In this document: in pieces, positions 1 through 10,153 of the stretch
Layout: each line of letters begins with the position of its first letter
Position numbering within the stretch: the first letter of the stretch is position 1
Notes under the pieces: model-generated
The model's input: only the letters and a program-made list of their open reading frames with translations
Database searches by the model: none
What the model was told of the DNA's origin: nothing
Position numbers and translations under genes: made by a program
Assembly (NCBI GenBank): GCA_016931515.1
Contig: JAFGEQ010000002.1
Location: 26,278-90,277, forward strand
DNA length: 64,000 bases
Direction of reading: 5' to 3'
From: a candidate division CSSED10-310 bacterium
Lineage (GTDB): Bacteria > CSSED10-310

Positions 1-39
1 GATTATCTGTCCACGGTAGAATAACAACTAACAAGGATA

Positions 40-1407
40 ATGATCATGCAATACATCCCTCTGACGGAAAATGAGTGCCGTCAGATGCTGGAGTCACTCG
101 GAGTCTCCTCCATCGACGATTTATTGTCAGACATACCAGCTGCAAAACGTTTGAAGCAAGCCCTGAATCTGCCGGTTGCCATGAGTGAACAGAACCTTGC
201 CCGCTTCATGAAAAGACTTGCATCATTTGACACACCTCATGACAGCATACCCTGTTTCATGGGTGCCGGCTCATATCGGCACTTCGTACCCGCAGCTGTT
301 CGGGCCATGGCTGCCCGGTCGGAGTTCGTAACTGCCTATACACCCTATCAACCGGAAATCAGCCAGGGTTCTCTTCAAGCCATGTTCGAATACCAGACGA
401 TGATGACCCAATTGACAGGAATGCAGGTATCCAATGCGTCGATGTATGATGGCGCAATGGCTACAGCTGAAGCGGCATTGCTTGCTGTTCGTGCGAAACG
501 CTGCCAGACTGTTATGGTCTCCCGCGCACTGAATCCCAGCTACCGAACAGTGCTGGACACGTATACATCAAATCTGGATGTCACGATCACCGAGCTTCCA
601 GTTAACTCCAAGGGACAAACCGATTTGACACCACTGCTTTCACTGGATGCGAAAAACATCGCCGGTGTAATGATCCAATCCCCGAATATGCTCGGTGTCA
701 TTGAAGATCTGGAGTCGATCGGCAGACAACTGAAGCAGTTGAAAATTTTGTTCGTTGTTGTCGTGACGGAAGCAATGTCTCTGGCCATCCTGAAAGCACC
801 CGGTCATTGCGGTGCCGACATCGTTTGCGGTGAGGGTCAAAGTTTGGGACTCCCGGTCAATTTCGGTGGCCCGTACCTTGGTTTCTTTACAGTCACCGAC
901 GAGTTAATGCGTCGAATGCCGGGTCGAGTTGTAGGCCTGACTCAGGATACTGAAGGACGTTGCGGCTTTGTTAACACTCTCTCGACCCGGGAACAGCACA
1001 TTCGGCGTGATAAAGCGACTTCCAACATCTGCACCAACCAGGCTTTATGTGCGATCACTTCAGCAATGTATATGACGGCGATGGGTCAGCGGGGCTTGCG
1101 AAATGTCGCACTCATGAACATGAAAAAAGCTGCATATCTGAAATCGAAACTGGAAACCGTCAGCGGTGTTAGTATTCCATTCGATGGACCAGCTTTTAAC
1201 GAGTTGACCGTCGTACTCCCGGCCTCTCTGGACTCCTTCCAGAAAGCCCTGGCGGAACATGGCATAATCGGAGGTTATGATCTCCGATGTTCATGGCCGG
1301 AACTTGGCCAAGCAATGCTGCTGTGTGTAACCGAGACCAATACACGAGAAGACATCGACCGTTTTACGGTTGTTTTATCGGAATGGATTCAGGAGGTGCG
1401 AGGATGA
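40..1407 (+). CDS. gcvPA: Glycine dehydrogenase (decarboxylating) subunit 1, glycine cleavage P-protein N-terminal half
   Basis: 455-aa ORF; N-terminus MQYIPLTENECRQMLESLGVSSIDDLLSDIP and overall length match the GcvPA family; followed by gcvPB with an ATGA start/stop overlap. Confidence 0.9.
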   Translation: MIMQYIPLTENECRQMLESLGVSSIDDLLSDIPAAKRLKQALNLPVAMSEQNLARFMKRLASFDTPHDSIPCFMGAGSYRHFVPAAVRAMAARSEFVTAYTPYQPEISQGSLQAMFEYQTMMTQLTGMQVSNASMYDGAMATAEAALLAVRAKRCQTVMVSRALNPSYRTVLDTYTSNLDVTITELPVNSKGQTDLTPLLSLDAKNIAGVMIQSPNMLGVIEDLESIGRQLKQLKILFVVVVTEAMSLAILKAPGHCGADIVCGEGQSLGLPVNFGGPYLGFFTVTDELMRRMPGRVVGLTQDTEGRCGFVNTLSTREQHIRRDKATSNICTNQALCAITSAMYMTAMGQRGLRNVALMNMKKAAYLKSKLETVSGVSIPFDGPAFNELTVVLPASLDSFQKALAEHGIIGGYDLRCSWPELGQAMLLCVTETNTREDIDRFTVVLSEWIQEVRG

Positions 1408-2897
1408 ACTGCAAAGATCCTTTCCCAGGAATAAAGGGTTTAATATTCGATGAACCTCTGATTTTTAATCGCAGTGAATCCGGCAGAAACGGATGCTCCG
1501 TTCCTGATGACGATTTAGTGGATTTTACATATTCCATCCCGGACACGTTTCTTCTGAGGGATGATATACCGGGAATGCCTGAGGTGTGTGAACTCGATAT
1601 GGTCAGACATTACACCCGCCTCTCCCAATGGAACTACTCTGTTGATCTGGGAATGTATCCACTCGGCTCCTGCACCATGAAATATAATCCCAAAGTGAAC
1701 GAAGAAATTGCTTCGCTGGATGGGTTTGCCCAACTTCATCCTCACACACCGATCCATCTCTCCCAGGGCGCTTTACAGGTTATGTATGATCTTGCCCGAT
1801 ATTTGACTGAGATAAGCGGATTGTCTGCGGTTACTCTCCAGCCATCAGCAGGCGCGCAGGGTGAACTTGCCGGCATGTTGATCATCAAATCATTCCATGT
1901 GAACAATGGGGATTCTCAGAGAGTTAATGTTTTGATTCCCGATAGCGCTCATGGCACCAATCCAGCCAGCTGTGTTCTGGCCGGTCTGAAAGCCGTGGAA
2001 ATCAAGAGTGGTCCGGATGGCAGGCTTGACCCAGAAGCGATTGTACCGTATCTGAATGAGTCCCTGGCGGGAATAATGATGACGAACCCGAACACATTGG
2101 GGATTTTTGAGACACATGCGGACAAGGTTGCCGATATGATCCATGGCGCCGGCGGATTGGTTTACATGGACGGAGCCAATCTGAACGCGCTGATGGGGAT
2201 TGTGAAACCGGCTGATCTCGGCGTGGATGTTCAGCACATTAATCTTCATAAAACCTTCTCCACACCCCATGGTGGAGGTGGCCCGGGTTCAGGTCCCGTT
2301 GCCGTGTCGGAAAAATTGAAACCGTTTTTGCCGATCCCGATTATCGAATTTGATGGCGAGCGGTACATGTACCAGTGGGATCGCCCCTTGAGCATTGGTC
2401 GCTTACACGGTTTCATGGGTAATTTCGCTGTAATGTTACGGGCTTATGCATACATCCGGGCTCTCGGGCCCGACGGTATCCGATCCGTCTCGGAAGCTGC
2501 CATTCTCAATGCGAACTATATCAAGGAAAAATTAAGACCGTATTACAATCTGCCCTATAATGACATTTGCAAACATGAATGTGTGTTAAATGATGAATAC
2601 CAGGCGAAAAACAGTATCACAACAATGGATATTGCGAAGCGATTGATGGACTACGGATTCCATCCCCCAACGGTCTATTTCCCCCTGATTGTCCATGGGG
2701 CCATCATGATCGAACCGACAGAAAGCGAATCAAGGCGAAATCTGGATCAATTCATTAACGCCATGATCCGGATTGCTCAGGAAGCGGAAGAAAACCCGGA
2801 TTTACTAAAATCAGCTCCTCATCTACCCAAACTGACTCGTCTGGATGAAACGCTTGCTGCTCGCAAACTGATTCTTCGCTGGACTCCGGATGCCTGA
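1404..2897 (+). CDS. gcvPB: Glycine dehydrogenase (decarboxylating) subunit 2 (PLP-binding half)
   Basis: Track ORF 1287..2897. I place the start at the ATG at 1404 (MNCKDPFPG...), which overlaps the gcvPA stop as ATGA. Conserved GcvPB regions are present (LGSCTMKYNP, NLHKTFSTPHGGGGPG). Confidence 0.9.
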   Translation: MNCKDPFPGIKGLIFDEPLIFNRSESGRNGCSVPDDDLVDFTYSIPDTFLLRDDIPGMPEVCELDMVRHYTRLSQWNYSVDLGMYPLGSCTMKYNPKVNEEIASLDGFAQLHPHTPIHLSQGALQVMYDLARYLTEISGLSAVTLQPSAGAQGELAGMLIIKSFHVNNGDSQRVNVLIPDSAHGTNPASCVLAGLKAVEIKSGPDGRLDPEAIVPYLNESLAGIMMTNPNTLGIFETHADKVADMIHGAGGLVYMDGANLNALMGIVKPADLGVDVQHINLHKTFSTPHGGGGPGSGPVAVSEKLKPFLPIPIIEFDGERYMYQWDRPLSIGRLHGFMGNFAVMLRAYAYIRALGPDGIRSVSEAAILNANYIKEKLRPYYNLPYNDICKHECVLNDEYQAKNSITTMDIAKRLMDYGFHPPTVYFPLIVHGAIMIEPTESESRRNLDQFINAMIRIAQEAEENPDLLKSAPHLPKLTRLDETLAARKLILRWTPDA

Positions 2898-3609
2898 TCC
2901 ACTGCTTATTGAGATTGAGAACTTTTGCAGGAGCCGTGCGAACCCGATCAGGGCAGAACACTGTCAGAAGTATTTTAAGACAGGGCATGGTGAATATGGA
3001 TATGGTGACGTTTTCCTGGGTATCGAAGTACCGGTACTCAGGAAAACCGCATTACTTTTTTGGACCGTGCCATTGAGCACATCGGTTCGATTACTCCAAT
3101 CCATCTACCACGAAGAACGGATGCTGGCCCTGATGATATGGATCCGGCAATTCGAGAGGGGCACTTCCGATGTAAGGGATAGCCTTGTGGTAGCCTATCT
3201 CGATAATACCAGCCGGATTAACAACTGGGATCTCGTTGATATATCAGCTCATAAAATCCTCGGTGCTTATCTTCTCGAACACGATTCCGAATCCGGATTA
3301 CTTAAAAAACTCGCCGGATCAACCATTTTGTGGGAACGACGAATTGCAATGATTTCGACCTTGCGTTTCATCCAGGTCAACCGTCCGGAACCGGCGTTCC
3401 TGATCGCCGACCTGCTGTTGAATGATCCTGAAGATCTGATGCACAAAGCTGTAGGATGGATGCTTCGGGAGATCGGCAAACGGGATCAGGCATCCGAGCG
3501 TGCTTTTCTCGACTCCCGTTATAAAAATATGCCCCGTACTATGCTTCGATATGCCATCGAGCGATTCGATGAACCCCTTAGACAGCAATATCTTAAAGGA
3601 ATGATTTAA
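2890..3609 (+). CDS. DNA alkylation repair enzyme (AlkD-like HEAT-repeat DNA glycosylase family)
   Basis: 239 aa; N-terminal pattern (IEIENFCRSRANPIRAEHCQKYFKTGHGEYGYGDVFLGIEVPVLR) typical of the DNA_alkylation (AlkC/AlkD) family; 8-nt overlap with the gcvPB stop. Confidence 0.65.
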   Translation: MPDPLLIEIENFCRSRANPIRAEHCQKYFKTGHGEYGYGDVFLGIEVPVLRKTALLFWTVPLSTSVRLLQSIYHEERMLALMIWIRQFERGTSDVRDSLVVAYLDNTSRINNWDLVDISAHKILGAYLLEHDSESGLLKKLAGSTILWERRIAMISTLRFIQVNRPEPAFLIADLLLNDPEDLMHKAVGWMLREIGKRDQASERAFLDSRYKNMPRTMLRYAIERFDEPLRQQYLKGMI

Positions 3610-3611
3610 TC

Positions 3612-4757
3612 GTGCAGATCGTGACTGATCGTCTCCTGATCCGTCCCGCTGCCTTCGAGGATATCCATCGTATCGTTGAACTCTGGAACGACCCCCGAAT
3701 CACGACATTTGTCGGATTCCCTTTCGGGCTTCGAACGAATGCCGATATCGTGGCATCGCAGCTGGTTCCTCCACCGGAGCATCTGACTGATCGAATACTG
3801 GTCGTTATACACTACGAATCAGGGAAGATTATCGGGCAGGCCATGATGCACTCCCCGGATCAGAACGGTCTGAGTACTACGGATATCAAATTGAATCCGG
3901 ATCATCAGGGATTGCATTACGGCTCTGAGATAAAACGGGCGCTGTTGACCTACCTGTTTCACGAGACATCCTGTACGATTGTGGAAACCACACCCAATCT
4001 TGCGAATAGCGCCAGCATACATCTTCAGGAATCATGCGGAGCTATCCGGATCGGGCGGGGACGTTGGGAACCGAGCCATGATTCGTCTGCAGATTGTATT
4101 CCAGTGGATTATTGGATCTACCGGGTTTACAAACATTCAGCACCCTATCCTGATGTTCGTCATCGGCAATTTCAATACACAGCGATAATTCCCGTTGCCG
4201 GCAAATCTCAACGTATGAGGCAGTTCAAACCGTTACTGCCATGGCCCCCAAACCAGCAGAATGCATCTCGTTGTGTGATACAGTCTGCAATCAGCAGCCT
4301 GATGGAAGCAGGTATTGATCCTATCAGGGTTGCTGTTGGGACACGGGGAACAGAGATTAAAGGCAGGTTAAAAAATTGGCCGGTACAGATTGTTGAAGGA
4401 GCCTCTGGTACCAAGGCGATGAGTGATACAATAGTTAAAGTTCTGCCGTTAATCGATCCCGCTTCTGTTATCGTAATATTACCGGGCGATCATCCTGCTG
4501 TTGCACCGGAAACCATCCGTCGATTAGTCGGCTTCCATGAGGAAAATCCAGATCGGATCCATATTCCTTCCTTTGGAGGAAAATCCGGCCACCCGGCCTT
4601 TTTCCCGCCATCGGCTAATCAATTCATGGCCTGCTCGAACCGTAAAAATGGTCTCCGATCGGTAATCCACGATTCAAGCCTGGACGTTGTTTATCATGAG
4701 ATGGGAGATCCGGGCATCCTTAAAAACCTTGATTTACCCTCAGATTATTCAGTTTGA
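3612..4757 (+). CDS. Bifunctional fusion: N-terminal GNAT acetyltransferase (RimJ/RimL-like) and C-terminal MobA/MocA-like nucleotidyltransferase
   Basis: GTG start. The first ~170 aa show GNAT hallmarks (DRLLIRPAAFEDIHRIVELWNDP). The last ~190 aa carry the MobA/MocA N-terminal motif (AIIPVAGKSQRMRQFKPLLPW) and an ILPGDHP block. Confidence 0.6.
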   Translation: MQIVTDRLLIRPAAFEDIHRIVELWNDPRITTFVGFPFGLRTNADIVASQLVPPPEHLTDRILVVIHYESGKIIGQAMMHSPDQNGLSTTDIKLNPDHQGLHYGSEIKRALLTYLFHETSCTIVETTPNLANSASIHLQESCGAIRIGRGRWEPSHDSSADCIPVDYWIYRVYKHSAPYPDVRHRQFQYTAIIPVAGKSQRMRQFKPLLPWPPNQQNASRCVIQSAISSLMEAGIDPIRVAVGTRGTEIKGRLKNWPVQIVEGASGTKAMSDTIVKVLPLIDPASVIVILPGDHPAVAPETIRRLVGFHEENPDRIHIPSFGGKSGHPAFFPPSANQFMACSNRKNGLRSVIHDSSLDVVYHEMGDPGILKNLDLPSDYSV

Positions 4758-4799
4758 TTTACTGCAGCGTGTCGAATCCCAAGGTCAAGAATGACGGGA

Positions 4800-5768
4800 T
4801 CAGGATTTCAGGAGCAGGCGATAGATATTGATCTCATCTCTGAGCGGTGATCGGGGGTCTAATCGAAATTTTCCGGAGATGGATACCAGTCCCCATCGAA
4901 TCAAGATAGTCAGATAGAGCATCTGCCGCATTAGAATGGTAGCGAAGTAACTATGATGCTTACTGAAGTAATAACACATGCTCCGATACCTTTCATAAAA
5001 TTGTTTCAAGGGGATTCTTCGTGAGGAAGCCGCCACTTGGTGTCTGGCAACAACGCTGGTCAGAAATACCCATGAATAACCGGCATTTTTTAATCGTTTT
5101 GCGAGGTCGATCTCCTCATAATATAGAAAAAATTGTTCATCCATTCCTCCAACTTGGTCCATTGCCGTGCGCCGTAGAAGAACACAGGCACCCGTCGTAT
5201 AATCGACTTCCTGATCCAATACCGGGAGTGGTGCGTATTGTTTGAATAATCTGCCAAGACACCGGAGAGGACTATTGATAATAGTTTCATCATCCGGCAT
5301 CAGGCGTTTCAACTGAAACAGATGCGCAATGGTCCGCAGGATAGATGGAAAACTACCCCGTGAGGGCTGGATCCGTCCATCAGGAAACTCTATCCTGGGT
5401 GCAACGGCAGCAACAGCCGGTTTATCATCCAAATAGGTTTTTAACTCTTGGATAGCTTCAAGAGACAGATCCGCATCCGGGTTCAAAAGCAGGATGAAAG
5501 GCGCTGAAGAAATCCGGATTCCCTGATTGACTGCAGTAGCAAATCCAACGTTCTCTGCGTTATAAATTATCGTTATATCAGTTGTAAACCGGTTCAGTAC
5601 AGCCTTTGTTTCATCTCCGGAACCGTTGTCCACAACTATTATCTCCAGCCCGTAAGAAAGGGCTTCAGAAGTCAGCGATGGCAGAAGGGATTCCAGTTCT
5701 GCTGAAGACTCATACGAAACAATGATAACGGAGACAACTCTATTCATTATCGGCAGAGGCGTTCTCAT
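4800..5768 (-). CDS. Family 2 glycosyltransferase (polyprenyl-phosphate sugar synthase-like, ArnC/DPM1-like)
   Basis: 322 aa; GT2 signature near the N-terminus (VSVIIVSYESS...IIVVDNGSGDET); lies immediately upstream of the GT-C membrane transferase gene, apparently in one operon. Confidence 0.75.
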   Translation of the reverse strand: MRTPLPIMNRVVSVIIVSYESSAELESLLPSLTSEALSYGLEIIVVDNGSGDETKAVLNRFTTDITIIYNAENVGFATAVNQGIRISSAPFILLLNPDADLSLEAIQELKTYLDDKPAVAAVAPRIEFPDGRIQPSRGSFPSILRTIAHLFQLKRLMPDDETIINSPLRCLGRLFKQYAPLPVLDQEVDYTTGACVLLRRTAMDQVGGMDEQFFLYYEEIDLAKRLKNAGYSWVFLTSVVARHQVAASSRRIPLKQFYERYRSMCYYFSKHHSYFATILMRQMLYLTILIRWGLVSISGKFRLDPRSPLRDEINIYRLLLKS

Positions 5769-5847
5769 GAGCCTGAATTTATCGTTATCGCTGTTAAATG
5801 TAAAAGCGTTTTTAATATCGAAAAATCTGTACTATTAATCAAGAAAT

Positions 5848-7536
5848 CTACTCCGATGACCCGAATGGAATGATCTTCCAGAGACTGACAGGTGAATTTT
5901 TTATCATGAATGTATGTATCTGTTCCGCTCGTGACATTTCCGCCGGAAACCATCTCCTCTGCAAATCAAGCTCATTTCCAAGTGGATACTCCCATGCTAA
6001 AATATGTGTAATTCCAAAACGATTGAACGGATCCTTCCAATTGACGAATTCTTTCCAGGTCGGAATATCTTTGAATGTTGTTTCCAGCGCGAGTTGAGGT
6101 GCCCACTGTCCGGCCAGAACCGAGTTGTCCGGTAGGTGTTGTGCGAGATATCTGGAGCTTTCGAGCACATCATATGATCGGGTGAACAAACGATACCCCA
6201 CGTAAACGCTCTGAAAAATAAGACTTGCTGCGATAAGAGCAGCGGAATATCTCTTTGGCATTTTTTTCTTCATGAAGACCAGATAGTTGATCAACAGAGT
6301 AAACAGCAGAGTGACAATTGCGCCAAGATCGGAAAAGCCTCGGAGGTCAGAGAACCCGGTAATCCTTCCTTCGAAGAGGAATCGATCGAGCAACAGTGGA
6401 ACATTTATCGAGACCGAGAGTGTGACGATTATCGCTATCGCGAATCTGTTAACCGTGCTGAGCTTCAATAAAAAATCCTGCCAATCGATATCCATCAGGA
6501 AACGAAATCCCAGAATAATAATCGGTATCAGAGCCGGCAGGTAATAACGCATCGGGCGGTATCCCATGGGCATCAGCGACAAAACGGACAGCAACAGCCA
6601 CGTGAATGAAAATGTTATTACTGGAGGTATCAGCCGGTAACGTTGTTTCAGGAGAACCAGACTGAACATGAGAATAGACGCCGGAAACAGGATCGGCATC
6701 TGGTTGAAATACACACCGGGAGGTTGTGTGAAAATATTTTTTACAAGATCGCTAATGCTATGCCCCTGTTGAGATAGATAAAATCGGCTGTATTGATGGA
6801 GTATTTGCTTATTGGGGAACCAGATATACCTCATCCACGTCAGACCGACGGCAATCATGCCGGAAAATTGTGCCATCAATCCAAGATATCGTCGTCTGCC
6901 ATTCGGTTCTGTTAGTAAGGTTGCAATCAGAACAAGGGGGAGGAAATAGATCTGTGTTGTTTTTATCTGCCATGTCCATGCAGCACAAATCCCTGTCATT
7001 ACATTGAGAAGGATGTATGGAGAACCAGGTCCGGCTTCGCGACCCTTGAGCCAGAGCCACATACTCAAGGCGGCGACTGGGAGGACGGCCGATTCGAGAA
7101 TTGCAGTTCGCTGATAAGCCACCAGACTGCTGTTCACTGCAAAAATAAAAAAAAGCCATCCGTCAGGATCGACACGCTTTGATATTCGATCCAGAAGAAA
7201 CAGTGTCATTATCGATAGAAATGCAGCCCAAATCCGAACCGCAAGTAAGCCCGTACCCGCGAACTTGAAGATCAGCTTGACCGGATAGTGAATCGTCGGA
7301 CTGACGAGGCTGTTATGCCACTCATCATGACTCATATTTCCGAATAGTATTTCGTTTCTGGCATCATGAACCCAGAATCCTTCATCTGCATAGTATCCGC
7401 CACTCCACGACAGATTCGCCGGCGGATCGGACAGTGGGAACAGAAGCCTGAATAGAAGTGCAACAATCCAGCTTGTGTATCGGATGAACCGTCGTTTTGT
7501 GTTTTTTACTTTCGTCAGATCGTCCACCATGAGCAA
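5848..7536 (-). CDS. Polytopic GT-C membrane glycosyltransferase (ArnT/PMT, GT39/GT83-like)
   Basis: 562 aa with many predicted TM helices; an N-terminal region with an acidic DE/DD loop after the first helix resembles ArnT/PMT_2; co-directional with the GT2 gene. Confidence 0.55.
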   Translation of the reverse strand: MLMVDDLTKVKNTKRRFIRYTSWIVALLFRLLFPLSDPPANLSWSGGYYADEGFWVHDARNEILFGNMSHDEWHNSLVSPTIHYPVKLIFKFAGTGLLAVRIWAAFLSIMTLFLLDRISKRVDPDGWLFFIFAVNSSLVAYQRTAILESAVLPVAALSMWLWLKGREAGPGSPYILLNVMTGICAAWTWQIKTTQIYFLPLVLIATLLTEPNGRRRYLGLMAQFSGMIAVGLTWMRYIWFPNKQILHQYSRFYLSQQGHSISDLVKNIFTQPPGVYFNQMPILFPASILMFSLVLLKQRYRLIPPVITFSFTWLLLSVLSLMPMGYRPMRYYLPALIPIIILGFRFLMDIDWQDFLLKLSTVNRFAIAIIVTLSVSINVPLLLDRFLFEGRITGFSDLRGFSDLGAIVTLLFTLLINYLVFMKKKMPKRYSAALIAASLIFQSVYVGYRLFTRSYDVLESSRYLAQHLPDNSVLAGQWAPQLALETTFKDIPTWKEFVNWKDPFNRFGITHILAWEYPLGNELDLQRRWFPAEMSRAEQIHTFMIKNSPVSLWKIIPFGSSE

Positions 7537-7719
7537 ATTGTAACAAAATGTTAGTCAAAGCCCAACCTCGTATTGCGGATTACAGGAGATCCCTTCGCTT
7601 AGATTCACTGATCCGGAAGTCTTGACTATTCGGCTATGAAGGGGTATTGATTGTACTCTGGTTTTCGTTGAAGTTGCCTTCAGGCAGACTGTACAACATG
7701 ACGAGAAAGGGGAGCAGAG

Positions 7720-9003
7720 ATGGTCAGTTCACACCGCATCCTCACGATTATGTCAATGATAATAATCATGATGTCATTGACAGCATGTGAAAACACGGAG
7801 AATCTTCGTAAAGGTATTCACCTTGAAAACACCGGTAATCATAAGGATGCCATTACTCATTACAAAGCATTTCTTGACCAGTATCCGGAAACTCAAAAGA
7901 AGCCGGCGGTGGAAGAAGCTATTGCGGAAGCTTACTTGAATTGGTCTGAAAACGAGAAGTCGTTAAAGCACTGGGAAGCTGGTGTGAATCTTATGCAGAT
8001 TGTTCTGGATGATTACAATGAAACCCGTGTCGCAGAAAAAGTTCAGGATGCTCTGCCGGAGTTTCTCCTTGAATGGTCAACGCAATTATCGACAAGCGGC
8101 CAGTTCCTGGATTCACTGACGATCCTTACTCGCCTGATCCGGCATTTCCCAGCTTCTGGGTATGCTGAAAAAGGCCGAAAATTGAGATCGGAAATCGGCA
8201 TATTCGCGTTTACATCAGATGAGAATATCTATGTTATGAATGCAGATGGCACCAAACTTAAAAAAGTTGCAAGTAATGCGATATCACCGACGATCTCTCC
8301 GGACGGTCAACGCATAGCGTACATCGAACTTGCGAAATCCGGCCAGCGTCAAGGCTATCTCTGCCTGGCAAATATCGATGGTCGCAAAGCCAAACGACTC
8401 CTCGAAAACCCGACGGCTTCCGACCCGGTTTTCTCACCCGATGGAACCAATATACTTATTTCGAAGGATAATGCTTTCCAAAAAGTAGATCTGACGGGTA
8501 GAACTATCAATGCTTATTTCGGTATCCGTGATTTCGATACAATCGGCAGTTTCAATCCGACAGGCAAACAGGTCGTCGCATTCCTGAAAAAGCCTCAAAA
8601 AAATGTCTCGCGACTATGTGTTACTGAAGATTTTGAGGAATATTTCGAATTGTATTCGACGGAGAATCCGATCCGGGATGCAGCATGGTCGAAGGACAAT
8701 CTTAGAATAGTTTTCATAACCAGCCGCGGGATCCACTCAATTTCACCTGAAGGCGGCGAAGTTACGGACCTTATGAACAGTGCGGATCATGACAATATCG
8801 ATATCAGGGCAGTTGATATCTCCCCAACCGGAGCAAACATTATCTTTCTCGGAAAAAAAGACAGCGATTTACACTATAAAATGTATTATATGACACTGGC
8901 CAGAGAAGTCGCAGAGTTACCATACGAAGCACCGGAAGGTCTGGAAAAACCGTTCCCGACCGGAAATAGCATTTCTTGGAGCTACGGTTACCTTCGCTAT
9001 TGA
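7720..9003 (+). CDS. Lipoprotein with N-terminal TPR-like region and TolB-like beta-propeller (PD40) repeats
   Basis: Signal peptide plus lipobox (MSLTAC); repeated SPDG/ FSPDG motifs (SPDGQRIAYIE, FSPDGTNILIS) typical of TolB/PD40 propellers. Confidence 0.55.
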   Translation: MVSSHRILTIMSMIIIMMSLTACENTENLRKGIHLENTGNHKDAITHYKAFLDQYPETQKKPAVEEAIAEAYLNWSENEKSLKHWEAGVNLMQIVLDDYNETRVAEKVQDALPEFLLEWSTQLSTSGQFLDSLTILTRLIRHFPASGYAEKGRKLRSEIGIFAFTSDENIYVMNADGTKLKKVASNAISPTISPDGQRIAYIELAKSGQRQGYLCLANIDGRKAKRLLENPTASDPVFSPDGTNILISKDNAFQKVDLTGRTINAYFGIRDFDTIGSFNPTGKQVVAFLKKPQKNVSRLCVTEDFEEYFELYSTENPIRDAAWSKDNLRIVFITSRGIHSISPEGGEVTDLMNSADHDNIDIRAVDISPTGANIIFLGKKDSDLHYKMYYMTLAREVAELPYEAPEGLEKPFPTGNSISWSYGYLRY

Positions 9004-9032
9004 TCCATCTTGCTACTGATAAGCAAACAATG

Positions 9033-9062
9033 AACCCCCGCTTACGCAAGCGGGGGTTTTTA
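9033..9062. terminator. Rho-independent terminator between convergent genes
   Basis: GC-rich hairpin ACCCCCGC-ttacgcaa-GCGGGGGT followed by TTTTTATT, ~30 nt after the 7720..9003 stop; it could serve both convergent genes. Confidence 0.7.
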
Positions 9063-9132
9063 TTGCCGGCTTAGCTCATCTAACCCGCTGTCTCATTTAG
9101 GGGATGGTATTTCATTCGTATTTTCACTCTGA

Positions 9133-10020
9133 TCACAGACGGAAGTAGAGAATGATGAATACGGTTAGAATCCAGAGAGCCATGTCAACAATCATGGCTT
9201 TATCCTGGAGGAAAACTTTTTCGGGGCTCCCACCCTGGTTTCGGGAGATCACCAGATAGAGGTAACGAAAAATGGCAAACAGCACGAAAGGAAATGTATA
9301 AATCAGTTTATTCGTTCCTAATTTGCCGGTCACTTCTGGCGATATCGTGTACAGGGCATATGTAACCAGGGCACTTGCTGTGACAACAGATGTCATCTGG
9401 TCGATCAATGCCGGCGTGTAATGATCAAGCACAGCCCTGTGATTCCCGGCCTGTTCTTTGATCAGATACAGTTCATGTCGACGCTTACAGATTGCCAGAA
9501 AAAGCGCAAGCAGCATCGTACACATCAACAGCCAGTGGGAAAAGTCGACATGGATGACGACAGATCCTGCGACAGCACGGAGAACGAATCCTAATGCTAT
9601 GATCATCACATCAATGATCACAACATGCTTGAGTTTCCATGAGTAAGCGATGTTCATCACGAAATAGCCTGAAGCGACCAAACCGAAACTGATCGAGAGC
9701 CTGAATGCAATGCTGAATGACACTATCGCAAGAATAACAAGAGCAATAACGGCATTGGATCTCGATAAGCGTCCTGATGGAATAGGCCGGCTGCACTTCT
9801 CCGGATGAGCCAGATCACGTTTGTAATCCATCAGATCATTCATGATATATACTGAGCCCGATATCGCTGAAAAAATAAAGAAAGCGGCGATTGATCGAAG
9901 CAGATATGCCAAATCGAAAAATTTGAGTGAAAAAAGCACTCCAGCGAACACCAGCAGATTTTTAATCCACTGCTTAGGTCGCATGGTTTCAATCAGTGCT
10001 TTCAAAACCGTTCCATTCAT
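9133..10020 (-). CDS. UbiA-family prenyltransferase, decaprenyl-phosphate phosphoribosyltransferase (DPPR synthase)-like
   Basis: 295 aa, ~8 TM helices; the N-terminal block (IETMRPKQWIKNLLVFAGVLFS ... NDLMDYKRDLAHP) matches the UbiA/DPPR-synthase family, whose first Asp-rich motif is NDxxDxxxD. Confidence 0.7.
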   Translation of the reverse strand: MNGTVLKALIETMRPKQWIKNLLVFAGVLFSLKFFDLAYLLRSIAAFFIFSAISGSVYIMNDLMDYKRDLAHPEKCSRPIPSGRLSRSNAVIALVILAIVSFSIAFRLSISFGLVASGYFVMNIAYSWKLKHVVIIDVMIIALGFVLRAVAGSVVIHVDFSHWLLMCTMLLALFLAICKRRHELYLIKEQAGNHRAVLDHYTPALIDQMTSVVTASALVTYALYTISPEVTGKLGTNKLIYTFPFVLFAIFRYLYLVISRNQGGSPEKVFLQDKAMIVDMALWILTVFIILYFRL

Positions 10021-10153
10021 CTCAATCTCCTTCTTATCCGCATAAAGTGCGCTTTCCCTTCTCTGAACATGTTACGAAAAGGTTGCACCATCATATCATT
10101 ATTCCTATTATTTCCAAAGCAAACGATCGTAACAGCCAGATTATGGAGATAGC

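Noticed and set aside
1-39. Glycine riboswitch upstream of the gcv genes
   Set aside because: Only 39 nt of upstream sequence are in the window, and it shows no glycine-aptamer core; it may lie outside the window (upstream of gcvT/gcvH).
1287-1403. Upstream extension of gcvPB to the ORF-track start at 1287
   Set aside because: It would overlap gcvPA by 120 nt. An ATG at 1404 with an ATGA stop/start overlap gives the canonical GcvPB N-terminus.
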